From NCBI RefSeq assembly GCF_056712565.1, contig NZ_CM160072.1: 64,000 nt of DNA; one strand, written 5' to 3'. Positions 45,101-55,735 of this stretch are shown here, one piece after another. Below the pieces are notes generated by a model that ran no database searches, had not been told where the DNA came from, and saw only the letters and a list, made by a program, of their open reading frames with translations. The translations under genes and the position numbers were made by a program. Position 1 is the first letter of the stretch, and every line of letters starts with the position of its first letter.

Positions 45101-45591
45101 CCGGGACGCTCAACAACGTCACGATTAATCAGAACTGTCGGATTCTGGGAAAACTGTCAGCTAACCAGATTGAAGGTGATATTGTCAAAACGGTGGGAAA
45201 AGCCTTTCCGAGAAATGGCAGTTATGCCAGCGGTACAATAACGGTCACTGTGTACGATGACCAGGCTTTTGACCGTCAGATAGTAGTCCCCCCCGTTCTG
45301 TTTCGTGGGGGTAAGCATGAAAACTTCAACAGCAACAACCAACAGTCATACTGGTATTCAACCTGTAAGCTGCAGGTACTGAAGAACGGACAGGAAATCT
45401 TTCAGCAACCCGCGACGGATGTCAGCAGGGTATTTTCATCAGTCATTGATATGCCTGCCGGACACGGCCATGTCACCCTGACTTTCAATGTTTCTTCATA
45501 TGGTGCTAATAACTGGACGCCAACGACCAGTATCAGCGACCTTCTTGTTGTTGTGATGAAGAAATCTACAGCCGGTATCAGTATCAGTTGA
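42109..45591 (+). CDS. J: Central tail fibre / host specificity protein J
   Basis: 1160 aa; lambda J-like throughout, with fibronectin-III-like repeats and a C-terminal receptor-binding region that looks diverged from lambda. Confidence 0.93.
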   Translation: MGKGSSKGHTPREAKDNLKSSQMLSVIDAISEGPVEGPVDGLKSVLLNSTPVLDSEGNTNIFGVTVVFRAGEQEQTPPEGFESSGSETVLGTEVKYDTPITRTITSANIDRLRFTFGVQALVETTSKGDRNPSEVRLLVQIQRNGGWVTEKDITIKGKTTSQYLASVVVDNLPPRPFNIRMRRMTPDSTTDQLQNKTLWSSYTEIIDVKQCYPNTALVGVQVDSEQFGSQQVSRNYHLRGRILQVPSNYNPQTRQYSGIWDGTFKPAYSNNMAWCLWDMLTHPRYGMGKRLGAADVDKWALYVIGQNCDQSVPDGFGGTEPRITCNAYLTTQRKAWDVLSDFCSAMRCMPVWNGQTLTFVQDRPSDKVWTYNRSNVVMPDDGAPFRYSFSALKDRHNAVEVNWIDPDNGWETATELVEDTQAIARYGRNVTKMDAFGCTSRGQAHRAGLWLIKTELLETQTVDFSVGAEGLRHVPGDVIEICDDDYAGISIGGRVLAVNSQTRTLTLDREITLPSSGTTLISLVDGQGNPVSVEVQSVTDGVKVKVSRVPDGVAEYSVWGLKLPTLRQRLFRCVSIRENDDGTYAITAVQHVPEKEAIVDNGAHFDGDQSGTVNGVTPPAVQHLTAEVTADSGEYQVLARWDTPKVVKGVSFLLRLTVTADDGSERLVSTARTTETTYRFTQLALGNYRLTVRAVNARGQQGDPASVSFRIAAPAAPSRIELTPGYFQITATPHLAVYDPTVQFEFWFSEKRITDIRQVETTARYLGTALYWIAASINIKPGHDYYFYVRSVNTVGKSAFVEAVGRASDDAEGYLDFFKGEIGKTHLAQELWTQIDNGQLAPDLAEIRTSITNVSNEITQTVNKKLEDQSAAIQQIQKVQVDTNNNLNSMWAVKLQQMKDGRLYIAGIGAGVENTPDGMQSQVLLAADRIAMINPANGNTKPMFVGQGDQIFMNEVFLKYLTAPTITSGGNPPTFSLTPDGRLSAKNADISGNVNANSGTLNNVTINQNCRILGKLSANQIEGDIVKTVGKAFPRNGSYASGTITVTVYDDQAFDRQIVVPPVLFRGGKHENFNSNNQQSYWYSTCKLQVLKNGQEIFQQPATDVSRVFSSVIDMPAGHGHVTLTFNVSSYGANNWTPTTSISDLLVVVMKKSTAGISIS

Positions 45592-45643
45592 ATTTTATAA
45601 CCCAGATACGGGCGCCAGAAATGGCGCCTTTTTTATTTGTGGA

Positions 45644-47710
45644 GTGAATATGGCAGTACAGATTTCAGGCGTGCTGAAAGACGGTGCAGGAAAACCGATA
45701 CAGAACTGCACCATTCAGCTCAAAGCAAAACGTAACAGCACCACGGTTGTGGTGAACACGGTGGCCTCAGAAAATCCGGATGAAGCCGGACGTTACAGCA
45801 TGGATGTCGAGTATGGCCAGTACAGCGTTATCCTGCTGGTTGAAGGTTTTCCGCCTTCACATGCCGGGGCCATCACCGTGTATGAGGATTCTAAGCCGGG
45901 GACATTGAATGATTTTCTGGGCGCTGCAACAGAAGATGATGTTCGTCCGGAGGCACTGTATCGTTTTGAAAAGATGGTGGAAGAGGTGGCACGCAACGCT
46001 GAAGCCGCCTCTCAGAGCGCAGCGGCAGCAAAGAAATCAGAAACAGCAGCGGCATCGTCCAGGAATGCGGCGAAAACATCAGAGACGAATGCAGGTAACA
46101 GCGCGAAAGCGGCAGCTTCTTCAAAAACAGCCGCACAAAACGCAGCAACAGCGGCAGAACGTTCAGAGACAAATGCCCGTGCGTCAGAAGAAGCCTCCGC
46201 AGACAGTGAAGAGGCTTCCCGCCGTAATGCAGAGTCAGCCGCTGAAAATGCCGGAGTCGCCACCACAAAAGCGCGGGAGGCCGCAGCAGACGCAACAAAG
46301 GCCGGGCAGAAAAAGGATGAGGCTCTGTCGGCAGCGACACGGGCTGAAAAGGCGGCAGACCGCGCAGAAGTCGCAGCGGAAGTGACTGCAGAGCCCTATG
46401 CGAATATAGTGCCGCCGCTGCCTGATGTGTGGATACCGTTTAACGATTCACTGGATATGATTGCGGGTTTTTCTCCGGGCTATAAAAAAATAGCTATTGG
46501 TGACGATGTGGTTCAGGTCGCCAGTGATAAACAGGTTAATTTCAGTCGCGCATCAACGGCAACATATATCAACAAATCTGGCGAACTGAAAACGGCGGAA
46601 ATTAATGAGCCGCGATTTGAGTGTGATGGCCTGCTTATTGAGGGACAAAGAACGAACTACATGCTCAATTCGGAAAGTCCAGCCAGCTGGGGGAAGTCAT
46701 CAAACATGGATGTGCCCGAAACCGGGACAGATAGTTTTGGTTTTACTTATGGAAAGTTTGTCTGCAACGATTCTCTGGTTGGGCAAACTTCGGCTATTAA
46801 TATGGCATCAATTGCTGCAACAAAGTCAGTTGATGTCTCAGGCGATAACAAGTACGTGACAACCTCATGCCGTTTTAAAACAGAACGACAGGTAAGGTTA
46901 CGTATACGGTTTGATAAGTATGATGGTAGTGCAACAACTTTTCTTGGCGATGCGTACATTGATACGCAAACGCTTGAAATTAATATGACAGGTGGGGCTG
47001 CCGGCAGAATTACGGCACGAGTCAGGAAGGATAAGACCACAGGCTGGATTTTTGCAGAGGCAACGATTCAGGCAATTGATGGTGAGTTAAAAATAGGCTC
47101 TCAGATACAGTATTCTCCTGAGCGGGGTGGGGCAACAGTATCTGGTGACTATATTTATCTTGCCACCCCACAAGTAGAGAATGGGCCGTGTGTATCATCA
47201 TTTATTATTTCAGGAGGCAGCGCAACGACAAGAGCCAGTGATTTGGTTAGTATCCCCACCAGAAATAATCTTTATAAGTTACCATTTACTTTTTTACTTG
47301 AGATTCATAAAAACTGGGATATTGCACCAAACGCCGCACCCCGCGTGTGGGATATAGCAGCAGCCAATACCGGGCAATCAGCAATTGCAGCAATCAACAG
47401 AGGTAGTGGTAAGTTATATATGAGTCTGTCAAACCCTTCAGGCTTGTATGTTAATAGCGCAGCGACAGATGTATTTGCAGAGAAAACCACATTTGGATGT
47501 ATTGCAAAAGCTGATGGTCACTTTCATGTGGTGACAAATGGTAAAGCGGTTAATGAAGTTTATTGTGAATATAATGGTGTGACCGCTGATAAAAATATCC
47601 GATTTGGAGGGCAGACGAATACTGGAGAACGACATCTGTTTGGCCATATTCGCAATTTCCGCATATGGCATAAAGAATTAAATGACAGGCAATTAAAAGA
47701 GGTCGTATGA
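45644..47710 (+). CDS. stf: Side tail fibre protein, chimeric: lambda Stf-like N-terminus, Ala-rich linker, novel AT-rich C-terminal domain
   Basis: N-terminal ~110 aa (M)AVQISGVLKDGAGKPIQNCTIQLKAKRNSTTVVVNTVASENPDEAGRYSMDVEYGQYSVIL match lambda Stf; C-terminal ~400 aa unrelated to lambda. Confidence 0.85.
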   Translation: MNMAVQISGVLKDGAGKPIQNCTIQLKAKRNSTTVVVNTVASENPDEAGRYSMDVEYGQYSVILLVEGFPPSHAGAITVYEDSKPGTLNDFLGAATEDDVRPEALYRFEKMVEEVARNAEAASQSAAAAKKSETAAASSRNAAKTSETNAGNSAKAAASSKTAAQNAATAAERSETNARASEEASADSEEASRRNAESAAENAGVATTKAREAAADATKAGQKKDEALSAATRAEKAADRAEVAAEVTAEPYANIVPPLPDVWIPFNDSLDMIAGFSPGYKKIAIGDDVVQVASDKQVNFSRASTATYINKSGELKTAEINEPRFECDGLLIEGQRTNYMLNSESPASWGKSSNMDVPETGTDSFGFTYGKFVCNDSLVGQTSAINMASIAATKSVDVSGDNKYVTTSCRFKTERQVRLRIRFDKYDGSATTFLGDAYIDTQTLEINMTGGAAGRITARVRKDKTTGWIFAEATIQAIDGELKIGSQIQYSPERGGATVSGDYIYLATPQVENGPCVSSFIISGGSATTRASDLVSIPTRNNLYKLPFTFLLEIHKNWDIAPNAAPRVWDIAAANTGQSAIAAINRGSGKLYMSLSNPSGLYVNSAATDVFAEKTTFGCIAKADGHFHVVTNGKAVNEVYCEYNGVTADKNIRFGGQTNTGERHLFGHIRNFRIWHKELNDRQLKEVV

Positions 47711-47985
47711 AAGATTTAACTTTGAAGTTTCATGACAAACTGCAGTTTAAGGCCTTCCTGTCATCTCTTGACTGGGAGGAGGATGAAGACTTCCAGAATA
47801 AACTGTTAGTCGATGAAATTGGTTTCACCTACACAGAAACAGGGGTAACAGAAGAGGGAGAACCTGTCTGTGTCCGGAATGACGGTTATTTTGTCAACAT
47901 TCGCATTCTTGATGACTTGTTTGATGTTTCTGTATTCTCTGATTATGTCGTGGAGCTGGAAACACCGCTTCGGGAATGGAGCTGA
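47707..47985 (+). CDS. Hypothetical acidic protein following the tail fibre
   Basis: 92 aa; start overlaps stf stop; not recognisable as a Tfa-type fibre chaperone. Confidence 0.45.
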   Translation: MKDLTLKFHDKLQFKAFLSSLDWEEDEDFQNKLLVDEIGFTYTETGVTEEGEPVCVRNDGYFVNIRILDDLFDVSVFSDYVVELETPLREWS

Positions 47986-47997
47986 AAGGAGGAAATA

Positions 47998-48291
47998 ATG
48001 GATATAAGCCCCTTACTTCATGCGCTTTGTGCTGTGGCTGCGCAGATACTGGTTGGTCTTTTTACCGGAAACTGGGCTTACGGAGCGATAGCCGGTTGTA
48101 CGTTCTTCATTGCGCGTGAACATACCCAGGCAGAATATCGCTGGATTGAAATGTTCGGGCATGGCAAGCGAATGAATATGCCGTGGTGGGGCGGTTTTGA
48201 TCCGCGAGCTTGGGATGTGGCAAGCCTGATGGATTTTGCTGTGCCGGTGGTGGCGTGTCTGCTGGTCTGGCTGTTGGTTAATCGTGGGTGA
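47998..48291 (+). CDS. Hypothetical small membrane protein
   Basis: 97 aa with hydrophobic segments at both ends (LLHALCAVAAQILVGLF...AVPVVACLLVWLLV). Confidence 0.45.
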   Translation: MDISPLLHALCAVAAQILVGLFTGNWAYGAIAGCTFFIAREHTQAEYRWIEMFGHGKRMNMPWWGGFDPRAWDVASLMDFAVPVVACLLVWLLVNRG

Positions 48292-48382
48292 AAAAAGGTG
48301 AGCTGTATATGCAACGGAGGAAGAAACCCCGTTGCTGGAAGCCAGGAAAAAGTATCGGGTGTTGCTGTCCTCGGATGTTGTG

Positions 48383-49240
48383 CTAATTGGGTGATAACAG
48401 ATCCTGTGTATGGGAGTTTCCCTTTTTGCGTGCGTTGATGCTGGTAACGGCAAACGTCATGATGAACAAAACCGCGAATAAGACGACAATCGTCGGAGCT
48501 GGTGCGCTGTCGATAAAAAAGGACAACCAGACACCAGTCATTGACACTATTACCGATATGCCAGTCGCCAGTAGGAGCGCAATATGAAAGCGTTGTGTCA
48601 GGAGTACCGCAATGGCGCCAGGCGCAATGAGCAGAGAAATGGAGAGAATGATACCTACCGCTTTCAGCGTCGCCACAATGGTCAGAGAGACCATGCACAG
48701 CAGCCCATAATGCAGCCATCTCGTATGCAAACCGCTTACCTGCGCCTGTTGATAATCAAAGCTGAACAGCAAAAAATCCCGCCATTTTACGCTAATAACA
48801 AGTGTAACCAGCCCGGCAATAATCATCGTCTGGATTATATCGCCGATGGTTATCCCGAGCATGTCGCCGAAAAGAATATGGTCAAGATGTACGTCTGGTT
48901 TGACTGCAATATACAAGATCAGACCTGCGGCAAACATGCCAGAAAAAACAATCCCCATCACTGTATCTTGCTTGATTCGGCTGTTGTCTTTCAGGTATCC
49001 CGTCGCCACCGCGCAGAATACTCCGGCGACGAATGCCCCTGTAGCCAAAGGTAACCCCAGAATCCAGGCAAGCACGATTCCAGGAAAAACCGCATGACTC
49101 ATCGCGTCACCCATCAGTGCCCAACCTTTCAGGACCAGAAAGACCGACAGCAGCGCACAGGGTATGGAAACTACCAGTGAAATCAGCAGTGCGTGACTCA
49201 TAAAGGTGAACTGCAGTGGCTCCAGTAATAATGCCATCAT
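48383..49240 (-). CDS. sitD: Mn/Fe ABC transporter permease SitD
   Basis: 285 aa polytopic membrane protein of the ABC-3 permease family, last gene of a four-gene operon. Confidence 0.85.
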   Translation of the reverse strand: MMALLLEPLQFTFMSHALLISLVVSIPCALLSVFLVLKGWALMGDAMSHAVFPGIVLAWILGLPLATGAFVAGVFCAVATGYLKDNSRIKQDTVMGIVFSGMFAAGLILYIAVKPDVHLDHILFGDMLGITIGDIIQTMIIAGLVTLVISVKWRDFLLFSFDYQQAQVSGLHTRWLHYGLLCMVSLTIVATLKAVGIILSISLLIAPGAIAVLLTQRFHIALLLATGISVIVSMTGVWLSFFIDSAPAPTIVVLFAVLFIMTFAVTSINARKKGNSHTQDLLSPN

Positions 49241-50094
49241 GAGCGATCCTCCAGCGCCTTATGCGCACGCCGACGATTTGCCAAAAGCCCATGGGTGGGC
49301 GCAAAGACAAATGCTAAAAGAAACAGCAGTGTCTGCGCCACCACGATGATTCCACCTGTCGCGCCGTCCAGAAAGTAACTGACCCACGCGCCGAGGAAAC
49401 TAGTTACACTGCCAATAGTTACAGCAATCATGAGCAGGCGGGGAAAACGATCGGTTAACAACCATGCTGTTGCACCGGGAGTCACCACCAGACAGATCAC
49501 CAGAAAGGCACCAACCGTTTGCAGCGCCGCAACGGTCGAAACCGACAGCAGGGTGAAGAAGATGAGTTTTAATCTGCCCGGATGCAATCCAATAGCACGG
49601 GCGTGATTCTCGTCGAAAAAGGTCACCATAAGATCTTTCCATTTGAAAAAAAGCACGATGATCGAGAGAATGCCAATGATAGTGAGTTGCAGGATATCCG
49701 CCGGATCGATTGCCAGAATATTGCCCAGGACGATGGTCTGAATGTTCACAGATGTCGGGTTCAATGACACCATAAACAGCCCCAGGCCAAAAAAGGACGA
49801 GAAGATCAGACCGATGATGGCATCTTCTTTTAAGCGGGTGCGTTGGTTAAGAAACAGCATGCTGCCCGCAGCCAGTCCGCCGGAAAAGAAGGCTCCCAGA
49901 GAAAACGGAAGCCCCAGCATATATGCCCCCGCAACACCCGGGACAATAGAGTGCGACAACGCATCGCCAATCAGCGACCAGCCTTTTAGCATCAGATAGC
50001 ATGACAGGAAAGCGCAGAGACCGCCGACCATCGCCGAGACCCACATCGCATTGAGCATATATTCATAGCTGAAGGGTTCCAGTAGCACGTTCAT
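49237..50094 (-). CDS. sitC: Mn/Fe ABC transporter permease SitC
   Basis: 285 aa ABC-3 family permease, paralogous to SitD. Confidence 0.85.
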   Translation of the reverse strand: MNVLLEPFSYEYMLNAMWVSAMVGGLCAFLSCYLMLKGWSLIGDALSHSIVPGVAGAYMLGLPFSLGAFFSGGLAAGSMLFLNQRTRLKEDAIIGLIFSSFFGLGLFMVSLNPTSVNIQTIVLGNILAIDPADILQLTIIGILSIIVLFFKWKDLMVTFFDENHARAIGLHPGRLKLIFFTLLSVSTVAALQTVGAFLVICLVVTPGATAWLLTDRFPRLLMIAVTIGSVTSFLGAWVSYFLDGATGGIIVVAQTLLFLLAFVFAPTHGLLANRRRAHKALEDRS

Positions 50095-50918
50095 CTTTCT
50101 TCCCTCTGCACCGCTGACGGTCGATGAGCCACAAAAGGGCGTTCATCGTCAGTAATAATGCTTTCTTCCGAGCCGTTAAGTGTGACATGGCGCAGTACGC
50201 CGCTAAAAGCCAGCTCCAGGTTCTCGGCTGTAAAAGTGGTGTCTGTCGGCCCGCTTGCCAGGACGGTGCCTTTGACCATGACCGTATAATCGCAAAATGT
50301 CGTGACGGATCCGAGATTGTGTGTTGAGACAAGCATCGTTTTGCCTTCCGCGCGTAACTCCCTCAACAGGCTGATGATTTTGGCTTCGGTTTTCACATCA
50401 ACGCCGGTAAAAGGTTCATCCAGCAGGATCACATCACCCTGCTGTGCAATCGCTCTCGCCAGAAAGACGCGTTTCTTTTGTCCACCGGAAAGCTCGCCGA
50501 TTTGTCGATGGCGAAAATTCACCATATCGACACGTTCCAGCGCATCGGTGACAATCTGACGATCCCTCTTTTTGGCGATACGCAACATACCCATATGCCC
50601 ATAGCGGCCCATCATCACCACATCTTCCACCAGTACAGGAAATGACCAGTCAACATCTTCTGACTGAGGGACGTAGGCAACCAGGTTTTTCTGTAACGCC
50701 TGTCGCGTGGGAATACCCAGAACAGATATCTTTCCGCTGGTCAGACGCACAAATCCCATAATCGCTTTAAACAACGTCGATTTTCCGGAACCGTTTACCC
50801 CAACCAGAGCGGCAATAGATCCGCCTGGTACTGTGAAGGATGCATCGCGCAGTGCTGTGTGCCCGTTACGCCAGGTGACAGTAACATCATTAACGACAAT
50901 GCCTGCAGATTGCATCAT
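50091..50918 (-). CDS. sitB: Mn/Fe ABC transporter ATP-binding protein SitB
   Basis: 275 aa; Walker [13 protein letters not shown] signature LSGGQKKR, Walker B ILLDEP. Confidence 0.9.
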   Translation of the reverse strand: MMQSAGIVVNDVTVTWRNGHTALRDASFTVPGGSIAALVGVNGSGKSTLFKAIMGFVRLTSGKISVLGIPTRQALQKNLVAYVPQSEDVDWSFPVLVEDVVMMGRYGHMGMLRIAKKRDRQIVTDALERVDMVNFRHRQIGELSGGQKKRVFLARAIAQQGDVILLDEPFTGVDVKTEAKIISLLRELRAEGKTMLVSTHNLGSVTTFCDYTVMVKGTVLASGPTDTTFTAENLELAFSGVLRHVTLNGSEESIITDDERPFVAHRPSAVQREER

Positions 50919-51832
50919 TATTTCTCCCTTTTCCCAGCTTTAATTCCCTGTACCAGCGTACTGGTAGTAACCTTAAGAAGGTCGATATACGTCGGTACCG
51001 GGCCGTTTTCTGTGCTCAGGGAATCGACATAGAGCACACCGCCGTAGTGTGCGCCGGTTTCACGCGCAACCTGACGCGCTGGTTTATCGGAAATCGTACT
51101 CTCGCTAAAGACTGCCGGGATATGATTTTTCTTAACTATATCAACAACCTTACGTACCTGCTGCGGTGTTCCTTGTTGATCGGCATTAATCGGCCACAGA
51201 TAAAGCTCTTTTAGCCCCAAATCGCGTGCGAGATAAGAAAAAGCCCCTTCACTGGTGACCATCCATCGCTGATTCTCAGGGAGTTCCGTAATCTGCTTAC
51301 GCAGGGGGGCAAGGGTTTGGGTAATCTTGGCTTTATAAGTATCGGCATTGCGTTGGTAGGTTTGTGCATTTGCCGGATCGTATTTTATCAACGCATCACG
51401 AATATTATCGACGTAAATCAGAGCATTATCTGGCGACATCCATGCATGGGGGTTAGGTTTGCCCTCATAGGGTCCTTCGGTGATCCCTACAGGCGTCACA
51501 CCCGAAGAGACAATTACTTCTGGAACCCCATTGAGATGCTGGTAAAAGCGTTGGAACCACAATTCCAGATTCATACCATTGGCGAGAATCAGTTGTGCCC
51601 CCTGCGCACGTTTAATATCGCCAGGGGTAGGCTGATACTCATGAATTTCTGCACCAGGCTTGGTTATGGATGAGACTTCTGCAGCATCTCCCGCCACGTT
51701 TTTGGCCATATCCGCGATGATGGTAAATGTTGTAATGACCTTGAATTTTTCAGTTGCACTTGCCTGAAATGCGATCGAGCAGGTGAGTGCGAGGCCCCCC
51801 AAGAGCATGGTTACTTTTTTTATCGAGTGCAT
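50918..51832 (-). CDS. sitA: Periplasmic Mn/Fe-binding protein SitA
   Basis: 304 aa with signal peptide; cluster 9 (TroA/ZnuA-like) solute-binding protein. Confidence 0.88.
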   Translation of the reverse strand: MHSIKKVTMLLGGLALTCSIAFQASATEKFKVITTFTIIADMAKNVAGDAAEVSSITKPGAEIHEYQPTPGDIKRAQGAQLILANGMNLELWFQRFYQHLNGVPEVIVSSGVTPVGITEGPYEGKPNPHAWMSPDNALIYVDNIRDALIKYDPANAQTYQRNADTYKAKITQTLAPLRKQITELPENQRWMVTSEGAFSYLARDLGLKELYLWPINADQQGTPQQVRKVVDIVKKNHIPAVFSESTISDKPARQVARETGAHYGGVLYVDSLSTENGPVPTYIDLLKVTTSTLVQGIKAGKREK

Positions 51833-51864
51833 AATTTAGTACCTATAGTGAGCAAAATTAGAAC

Positions 51865-51886
51865 AAACATAGCAACGGCTATGTTT
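51865..51886. promoter_or_regulatory. MntR operator: perfect inverted repeat AAACATAGC-n4-GCTATGTTT
   Basis: Palindrome about 35 bp upstream of the sitA start. Confidence 0.75.
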
Positions 51887-51908
51887 TATAGCACAACCTA
51901 TACAAAAT

Positions 51909-51927
51909 GAAAATGATTATCATTAGC
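51909..51927. promoter_or_regulatory. Fur box
   Basis: GAAAATGATTATCATTAGC matches 16 of 19 positions of GATAATGATAATCATTATC, in the sitA promoter region. Confidence 0.7.
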
Positions 51928-52239
51928 GGTTTTGAGGCCCAAAACAGGGATTAGGTTGTTTCCGGCTGGCGACGCGTTATTGAGGAAAAAAGTAAGGCAG
52001 CTAGTAGGCTTTGAAATAACGTTTTGCGGTTGGCTGATGCAATTTCGAGAGTGCATGTATTGAATGATTTCTAGCCGTTACTGATTTTCGTATTTTTTGT
52101 ATGGGAGGATTTGCACCTCTCCCCACCGAGCCTCCATGACTTTACTCCACTGTCTCTAGGGCTGCTGTGTGCCAGGAGCGGAAGCAGGGGGGCCAGAGAC
52201 TCCTTAAAAGTTGATAGCTCGTTTTGCAGGGAGACTTAC

Positions 52240-52330
52240 ACGGTAAGCGTTATTCCGAAGAGCTTAAAATTGAAGCAGTCAAACGGGTTGTTGAGCGTGT
52301 TTATGCGCTGCCATCTGATTAATCGACGGA
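52240..52330 (+). mobile_element. Short remnant of an IS3-family transposase orfA N-terminus
   Basis: Frame translating HGKRYSEELKIEAVKRVVER resembles the SGKRYPEEFKIEAVKQVVDRG motif of IS150/IS3-group OrfA; only ~25 codons then a stop. Confidence 0.4.
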
Positions 52331-52518
52331 AGCAGTTCCGTTTGGTCTATGATGCAGTTGTCCGGCAGGCGCTCTGTGACGCAAAAGAACGATAGGAGTA
52401 GCATTGAAGTGAACGAGGTTATGCTTGTCTTATATTATCCTCTATTTTAAAAACATCAGCTGGTTGTGTAAGAGTTTTTATTGTTTTATCTTGTTGACTT
52501 TGCTTTTATGAAAACAGA

Positions 52519-53289
52519 GTGATTGATACAATGAAAACCTTAAGTGGGAAAGAGTTTAGGAAATTATTTAATCGTTATGAGACAGGATTCTATCTAAGTG
52601 AGTTTGAATACTTAAAGGACTTTGATCCTTTGTTTCCTGAATGCGTAGGGAAAGAATTAAAGTTGGGTTATAAACGAAAAGTTGATGTATGGTGCGAAGA
52701 GGATGCTGCGCTATATGCAGAATTTATAGCTACAAAAGAAAGGCTGAAAAGAGGCCGGTTAATCCTAAAAATAAACCAAGTGTGGTCGCGTGTATATCCT
52801 GCTTATATTTATGCAATTGAAGAAAGAATAAATGTCAGGGCAAAGGGGAGAGAGTCATTTAAGTATGAAACTGTGCAAGAAAAACAATGTAAACTTTCCA
52901 TAATGTTAGATGGTCTGAAAGACCTTGAATGTGAAATAGCTATGATTTCAAGTGAGTTTGAAATTGAAAAACACTCTATGCACTATTTTTATATGATTTT
53001 TGATATTGAACGCTATATAAATGACTGCAGTTACTTTGTTTTTTCTGCTGCTAAAGTTGTTAAAGGCGTGATTCAATGCATTGGTTACATTGACAAAAAT
53101 AACAAAGCAAGTTGCGATGAATTTTATTCAGGCAGCTATGAATGCTTGGATGATGATCAGGAAACACTGAACTATTTAAATGAATCATGCGCAGAGGGTA
53201 TAGACGCTGATAAAGATCTCATCAGGAAGAATGAGTTATTAGCCTTATCCCTGAAGGAATTGTATCAACTTCTCGTTTCAAAAAAATAA
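52519..53289 (+). CDS. Hypothetical protein (256 aa), AT-rich orphan cargo gene
   Basis: Long ORF in ~33% GC DNA between sit operon and attR; no recognisable domain; start could be Met1 or Met5. Confidence 0.6.
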   Translation: MIDTMKTLSGKEFRKLFNRYETGFYLSEFEYLKDFDPLFPECVGKELKLGYKRKVDVWCEEDAALYAEFIATKERLKRGRLILKINQVWSRVYPAYIYAIEERINVRAKGRESFKYETVQEKQCKLSIMLDGLKDLECEIAMISSEFEIEKHSMHYFYMIFDIERYINDCSYFVFSAAKVVKGVIQCIGYIDKNNKASCDEFYSGSYECLDDDQETLNYLNESCAEGIDADKDLIRKNELLALSLKELYQLLVSKK

Positions 53290-53749
53290 CAAGTAATACG
53301 GCGAGCGATATGACGTGCCATGGGATATCCGCACCCAGCAGCATGTTGTCTCCACGATGTCCGCAGTTCGCTCATAATAGACATTCACTACAGTTATAGT
53401 AGAAGGTATGCATGCTGCTGAGTGGGGAAAGTGTGAAAGAAAAGAAGACAGCTGCTTTGTTTGTCGTCACGTTTATCTTCATTGGCTATGCAAGTCGTAA
53501 TACAAGGCGGGACAAAACTGAGACACATAAGGCCTCGCAATGGCTTGCAAGGCCACACATGTATTGAGATGTTAATAAAATGTAGACTTGTAATTTTGAT
53601 ATAAATGGTAGAGAAAATCTTTCCCCAAAATAAAAACGAACGTCAATGAAATCAAACGGTTGAATAAAGTTGATTTTGGCTAATACAAAGACAAGAAAAT
53701 AATATTTATGATTAAATATCAGCGAGTTGAATACATAATTTTTATATAC

Positions 53750-53913
53750 TGCTGCGCCATATGGGCTGGACTGAAGCCGCAGACCTGATTGTTAAAGGTA
53801 TGGAAGGTGCAATCAACGCGAAGACCGTAACCTATGACTTCGAACGTCTGATGGAAGGCGCTAAACTGCTGAAATGTTCAGAGTTTGGTGACGCGATCAT
53901 CAAGAACATGTAA
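53750..53913 (+). pseudogene. icdC: Displaced icd 3' fragment (icdC-like) = right copy of att duplication
   Basis: Encodes ...[53 protein letters not shown] with no upstream icd body; repeat of 6327..6490. Confidence 0.88.
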
Positions 53914-53966
53914 TCTCTACATGTGTTAAATATTGAAACGGGCGTATAACACGCCCGTTGTTTTTA
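53750..53966. repeat. Right copy of icd 3'-end direct repeat (attR side)
   Basis: See 6327..6541; includes a copy of the icd terminator hairpin. Confidence 0.85.
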
Positions 53967-54174
53967 TAAATATGTTAACCGTTATAAAATAACGTATCAA
54001 AAGTCAAGTGAACACATTTCAAATATCAATTTGATCGTATTGGTCTGGTGATTATTTATGGGGAGCAATAAAAAGACAGTATTAATCATCCATAGGGATA
54101 GTCTCTGCACTTTTATTTCCATTATGCTAATGCCTTACTGAATTATGAAGCATTTTTTAAGCTCCCAACTTTAG

Positions 54175-54579
54175 CTAGATTAATGGTTTATTATTTTCTA
54201 CATCTTCAATATATAAAAGCGTATTATCAATGGCGTAGTAACTGCGTTTGTTATGATTAACATCAGTAACCCACCGGAAAACGCCAGCGCCTGCCAGTGT
54301 TGAACAGTATTCCCGAAATGTAGATTTTCCGCGAATATGAAGCAATGCGGCCTCTTTTATTTTAGCTGGGTTCTTGGTCGTACTAACTTTTAACAGGTTC
54401 CTGGTTCCTCTTAATAACAAAACCGTGTCATCGTGAGTAATAATTCTGATGTTATCCGTAGCCAGATAATAAATGTAATGTGCAATACGGTGATGTTTTA
54501 ATTCTGAATAAAACCAGGAGAAGTTTTGCTCTTTTCTCACTTGCTCAAACATCTTTTGAAAAACAACGACCTGATCCAT
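54175..54579 (-). CDS. ycgX: YcgX (DUF1398 family)
   Basis: 134 aa MDQVVVFQKMFEQVRKEQNFSWFYSELKHHRIAHYIYYL... Confidence 0.8.
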   Translation of the reverse strand: MDQVVVFQKMFEQVRKEQNFSWFYSELKHHRIAHYIYYLATDNIRIITHDDTVLLLRGTRNLLKVSTTKNPAKIKEAALLHIRGKSTFREYCSTLAGAGVFRWVTDVNHNKRSYYAIDNTLLYIEDVENNKPLI

Positions 54580-54799
54580 CAGGATAATAACCTCTTGTTA
54601 GGTGTGAGACTGCGTAGTGTGCACGATCGGTTTTACCACTTCAATCTGGTCTGTCCTTTGGCTGTGATATGTACAAAGTGTGAAAGGGGGATTACCTGAA
54701 TTCTCCCGGTGGGCATTTTGCAACGGACCAGCTCCGCTACAAACGCTGGTGTGGGTTCAGATTATAACATTCTGTCTAAGGGGCGGGATAAAGGTGAAT

Positions 54800-55531
54800 T
54801 TAGGGGGCATGAAAGATGACTTTATAACCTTGCTCACCCCAGTGTTGTAAAAGTTCGTTTTGCCTTCTCGTTGGTGCCATGCCTGTCCAGACAATCAATG
54901 TTTGCGTTGGGAACAGTTCCGGGCGCGGCGATTCAATGGGATCAGCAAGAACAGAAATGTGCCATCCTGACAATGATAAACGCCATGCTTCCAGCCACAA
55001 TCGTGCTCTCTCTTCAACATTCCACGCCATCAGAATGGCCTCTTTACCGGGCTTACGGCGCATTTCGAAAAGTGAGGCCGCTGCGTATTCAATTAATGCG
55101 CCGTCAAACATACTGCTCATAATGCGGGAGGTGTTGTGATCAAGCACGAGACGCTGGCGAACAGGAAGGTAAACATGATTAATCAATTGATCTACTGGGT
55201 ACTCTCGACCCAGTGAAATAATTCGCGCGCGTAGTTTGGCTGGATTAGCCATACGAAGAATTGACATCATCTCTTCTTGCAGGCGGTTCCAGTCATCTTG
55301 CGTATCCTGGCTGGTAGTTTCCAGTAATGCTTTAACTTTGCCTACAGGAACGCCATTACTTATCCAACGCTTAATCTCTTCGATGCGTTGTATGTCTTCT
55401 TCATCAAAGAGTCGGTGTCCGCCTTCACTGCGTTGTGGTTTTAACAAACCGTAGCGGCGTTGCCAGGCCCGGAGAGTGACAGGATTAATCCCGCAACGTT
55501 CAGCAACATCACCAATGCTGTAATAAGCCAC
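54800..55531 (-). CDS. bluR: MerR-family repressor BluR (YcgE)
   Basis: 243 aa; N-terminal Mer[60 protein letters not shown]. Confidence 0.88.
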   Translation of the reverse strand: MAYYSIGDVAERCGINPVTLRAWQRRYGLLKPQRSEGGHRLFDEEDIQRIEEIKRWISNGVPVGKVKALLETTSQDTQDDWNRLQEEMMSILRMANPAKLRARIISLGREYPVDQLINHVYLPVRQRLVLDHNTSRIMSSMFDGALIEYAAASLFEMRRKPGKEAILMAWNVEERARLWLEAWRLSLSGWHISVLADPIESPRPELFPTQTLIVWTGMAPTRRQNELLQHWGEQGYKVIFHAP

Positions 55532-55735
55532 AATTCCTCCTTGCGATCATAAATCTCCGTCGCCTCTACACGACCCAATAATACTTTGTACAATATATGC
55601 TAAAATTGTACAAAGTATAAATAAGATTTCAGCTAAATTGGATGAAACATTATTTTTAATGTGGATTAAATTAAAACATAACGTATTCATTTTCACGATG
55701 ATTTCCAGAAATCATGCGAAATAATGTGCTGAAAA

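Larger units (their letters stand above)
6327..53966. mobile_element. Lambdoid prophage integrated in icd (~47.6 kb), mosaic lambda / phage 21 / DLP12-like
   Basis: Flanking direct repeats of icd 3' end; int-xis at the left; full lambda-order gene set between. Confidence 0.9.

Noticed and set aside
48584-49054. 156 aa plus-strand ORF inside sitD
   Set aside because: Antisense to a conserved ABC permease gene
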